The notes under the pieces: model-generated
What the model was told of the DNA's origin: nothing
Database searches by the model: none
What the model saw: the letters and a program-made list of their open reading frames with translations, nothing else
Translations under genes and position numbers: made by a program
Shown here: piece after piece, positions 60,293-64,000 of the stretch
Numbering within the stretch: position 1 is the first letter of the stretch
Layout of the letters: the number at the start of each line of letters is the position of its first letter
From: the human T2T-CHM13v2.0 reference genome, Homo sapiens
Strand: one strand, 5' to 3'
Assembly: GCF_009914755.1 (NCBI RefSeq)
Contig: NC_060947.1
DNA length: 64,000 bases

Positions 60293-61288
60293 TAAGCACC
60301 TCATCTAAATCAGACAATACACTTTACTCAAGATACAATTACAAAAACAGGGTTTGTGACCTTCTGGATGTACGTGGTATTTTGAGCAAACCAAAGGAAT
60401 AAGTAATCTATTGCACTACAATGTAACACATTGATCATATAGTAGAGGACTATGAGACAGTTATTTGTGGTGTTAATTGCACAATTAGGGAGGATAAAAG
60501 AAGAGAAAAGTTTTCCTAGAAGAAGTAATATTTAAGAATTCAATAGCTTAGCATGGAGGGGGAGAAAGAGCACAATGTGATGTAGGCACAGAAAGAAATG
60601 TTCACATTCCCAGCAAGTGGGTGTTAGAACATAATGAGATATATTCTCTAGAAAGATTTCTCAGGAAGAAATAAAAGGGGTAACAAAAAAAAAAGCACTG
60701 AAGGCAGACAGAAAATGTGAACAGCTATTAAAATTTACCATTACCTCAGGGCACACACCTTAAAAATCCCAGATCACTATGGTGGATAGTTTTCCACGGT
60801 CTTCATCCTTGGCAGGCCACACATTTTTAATTGGTTTATCAAGACATTAAAGCCGTCAATAGCTCACAATCAAAATAAAATTATTTAAAGGGCTCAATTA
60901 TTTGGTTTCATCTTTTCTCACAGATCTTTACCCAGTCCTTAGACTTTTTGATGAATTTAAGAACAAATTTTAGTATACTCCAAACCATATTCAACATTTT
61001 TTTGAACTAGAAATTCTGTTCAAATTAATTAGTCTATCATTATGAGAGTAATTATTTCATCAATAATCCCAACCTCTATTTCCACTAAATATGCTGATTT
61101 GATCTTCCTGAGAAAAATAAGTGTGTTGAATGGGTTCTTTTCATTCTTGACCTATTCAAATACTACCCAGGATTTAGCTTGATCTTGTCTCATGTATAAA
61201 GCTTCTCTTGGCCACCCCAGATCAAAATAACCTCTCCTGCCTTTTTGCTTTTATTTCACTTGTCTGTGTCTATCACAGTAGCTAATCC

Positions 61289-61712
61289 CTATAGTTAATT
61301 TTATGTGTTAATTTAGAGGGTATTTGTGGATGAGATTAATATTAAAACTGGTTCTGGTGAACTTTGAATAAACATGTTTCCCTTCATCATGTGGATAAGC
61401 ATTATGTAATCAATTAAATGCCCAAACGGAACAAAAAGACTAGCCTTTCCAAGCAAGAGGAAATTCTCTCCAACAAACTGTCTTGGAATCCATCTGCACC
61501 ATAGGCTTTCCTGGGGCTTAAGGCAGCTGGCCCACAACACAAATTTTGGTTTTCTCAGCCTTTGTAATCACATTAGCCAATTCCTCATAATTTTTCTCTC
61601 TCTCTCCTCTCTCTCTCTCTATATATATAATAAACAGACACACATATGTGTATGTATACAAATATATATATCCTATTTTTTCTATTTTTCTGAAGAGCAC
61701 AGAGCAGAACAC
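61289..61712 (+). mobile_element. MLT2 solo LTR with internal (CT)n(TA)n, probably inserted in an L2 fragment (~61150-61830)
   Basis: gttaattttatgtg...tggatgagattaa...aacaaaaagact...agccaattcctcataat...tcctatt. Confidence 0.78.
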
Positions 61713-62453
61713 TACTGTATAAACACTTTCAAAATATGTGTATTTTTCCTAAATCAATCCATTTGTTAGGTACTCAGACACCGCCATAACATCTATAATA
61801 GATTCAGAAAATTTATTATTTTATTTTCAAAACATTGATTGTATTTTAACACCTATTTCAGGTCAGTTATTCTGTGCTTTATTCAGCTTCACATCTTCTA
61901 TAAAGTCTAACACAATGATTAGCACAAAGCAAGAAATAAAGTTTATTAACAGTTATAAAAAGCATACATGACTGATAAATTAATAAAGATTTACTTTTAA
62001 TAGTACCTAGGATTATGAAAAAATTAAATAATTGACATAAGTAAAAATTATTGTTCACCAAAATACATCCCAGTATTTGTATTGTTTTCCTACAAGCGTG
62101 GCCATGATCTATGCTAAAGAATATCCTATTTTACAATTGTATTCCTTTCAAATATATTTTATCTTCTCAGGTATGTGTAAATGTTTACTTCTTGCAAAAT
62201 AATTACGGTGATAAGGGCAAGGCTATATTGATTTACTGTCTAGTATGCTTCATAAGTGGTCTACATGTTTAACCGATAAGTTAGCACCTCACACAATATA
62301 TTCCCTTTTAAATCCCAAAATAAATGTTTGGTATTACAAACTTTCAGTACATTGTCTTTGAAATGTCAGCAGGAGTAACATTTTTTGAAGTCATGGAATT
62401 TATGTTTGCATTTTCAAAGATGGCAGTGCAGTACTTCCATACAATGATTTTAC

Positions 62454-62814
62454 TTTGGTTTTCTGTTCCTGCGTGTTTGCTAAGGATGATGACTTCCAGC
62501 TCCATCCGTGTTCCTGTAAAGGATATGAACTCATTCCTTTTTATGGCTGCAAAGAAAATACCACATGTTCTCATTTATGAGTTGGAGCTAACTGATGAGA
62601 ACACATGGACACACAGAGGGAAACAGCAGACACTGAGGCCTACCTGAAGGTGGAGGGTGGGAGAAGGGAGAGGATCAGGAAAAATAACTAATGGGTACTA
62701 GGCTTAATACCTGAGTGATAAACTAATCTATACAACATACCTCCATAACACGAGTTTACCTATATAAGAAACCTGAACATGTACTCCTGAATTTAAAATA
62801 AATGTTTAAAAAAT
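62454..62814 (+). mobile_element. Short 5'-inverted L1PA (inverted 62454-62550, sense ~62556-62814)
   Basis: Antisense tttggttttctgttcctgcgt...tttatggctgc, then sense aaataccacatgttctca...gaatttaaaataaatg. Confidence 0.85.
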
Positions 62815-62837
62815 AGTTGTGCTTTGATATTTGCAGT

Positions 62838-62878
62838 TCATATATATATAATATATACATATACATATATATATATAT
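62838..62878. repeat. (TA)n-rich microsatellite
   Basis: Directly visible. Confidence 0.85.
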
Positions 62879-63228
62879 TTTTTTTTAAGTGTGGCCAATC
62901 GTACACCTTTAACATTGGGTATGGCAGCTGGAATATTGCAGATAACACAAAAACTGATACCACATTAAGGCCACAAATTAAGAAGATGAACTTTCTCAAA
63001 TGAGGGAGTGATTTTTCTTACCATGGTTTTCACTAATGTCAAATTGAATGGTAAGATGTGGGGCCATTGCAATGTTTTTCTTATGGTGAAATCACATGCA
63101 TTTTACCTTAACCTGTTAAGCAAATGTAAACTGGACTTGTGTCTTAGCTATATCACTGAGTCTAAAAACATTGACTCAATTTGTTTGTTGTGCCAAATTT
63201 TCAGCCAACTTAAATGGCATTGAACTGA

Positions 63229-63612
<384 letters not shown>

Positions 63613-64000
63613 TAAGCCCTCCAAATTTAATCTCTATAATATTGAAGTAGAAAATGTAATTGTTACATTTACATCTAAAATTTTGTTTATAATTTAATAA
63701 GTTGAATGATTAAATTTGTAAATATACAAGATCGGATTAGTTCATTCGAAGCTTACAGTGGAAGTCTTCCTTCATAGAAACAACTCAATTCCATGTTAAC
63801 CATGTGGTAGCTAATAAATGTGGCAGAAATTTATTTAAAAATAATTTATACTTTCTATTATTTAGACCAAATTATAGGATTCTGAAAGTTCACAATCTTT
63901 TCAGTTGATCATGACACATATGTTGTACTTTTAAACCAATAATCAATGTTATATAACCTTGAAATGATTCCAAACACCTATGTAGTTTGCTATATAAGTG

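Overview
This is AT-rich, CpG-depleted primate DNA, most likely human or another ape, since it carries AluY/AluS/AluJ, L1PA, THE1 and MER57. I find no supportable host protein-coding gene, RNA gene or CpG island. The ORFs I can interpret are repeat-derived (Alu, L1, MaLR, ERV remnants) and the rest look like chance ORFs. Most of the window is layered transposable elements. Five LTR elements retain two LTRs plus internal sequence: THE1 6940-9257, MST 12145-14850, MLT2/ERV-L 16662-21311, MER57 31648-34748, and a 9-kb old provirus 49131-58160 with nested insertions. There is also a near full-length old L1MA (38631-47270) with nested elements, two 5'-inverted L1PAs, DNA transposons and STRs. The most unusual signals are short inverted copies of nearby sequence inserted into elements: 2922-2946 copies 1950-1974, and 26325-26368 copies 25292-25335. 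Perfect inverted repeats also occur at rearrangement scars (14917-14952, 20201-20280). Repeat subfamily names come from my recollection of consensus sequences and need RepeatMasker/Dfam confirmation. I found no evidence of a new gene system.
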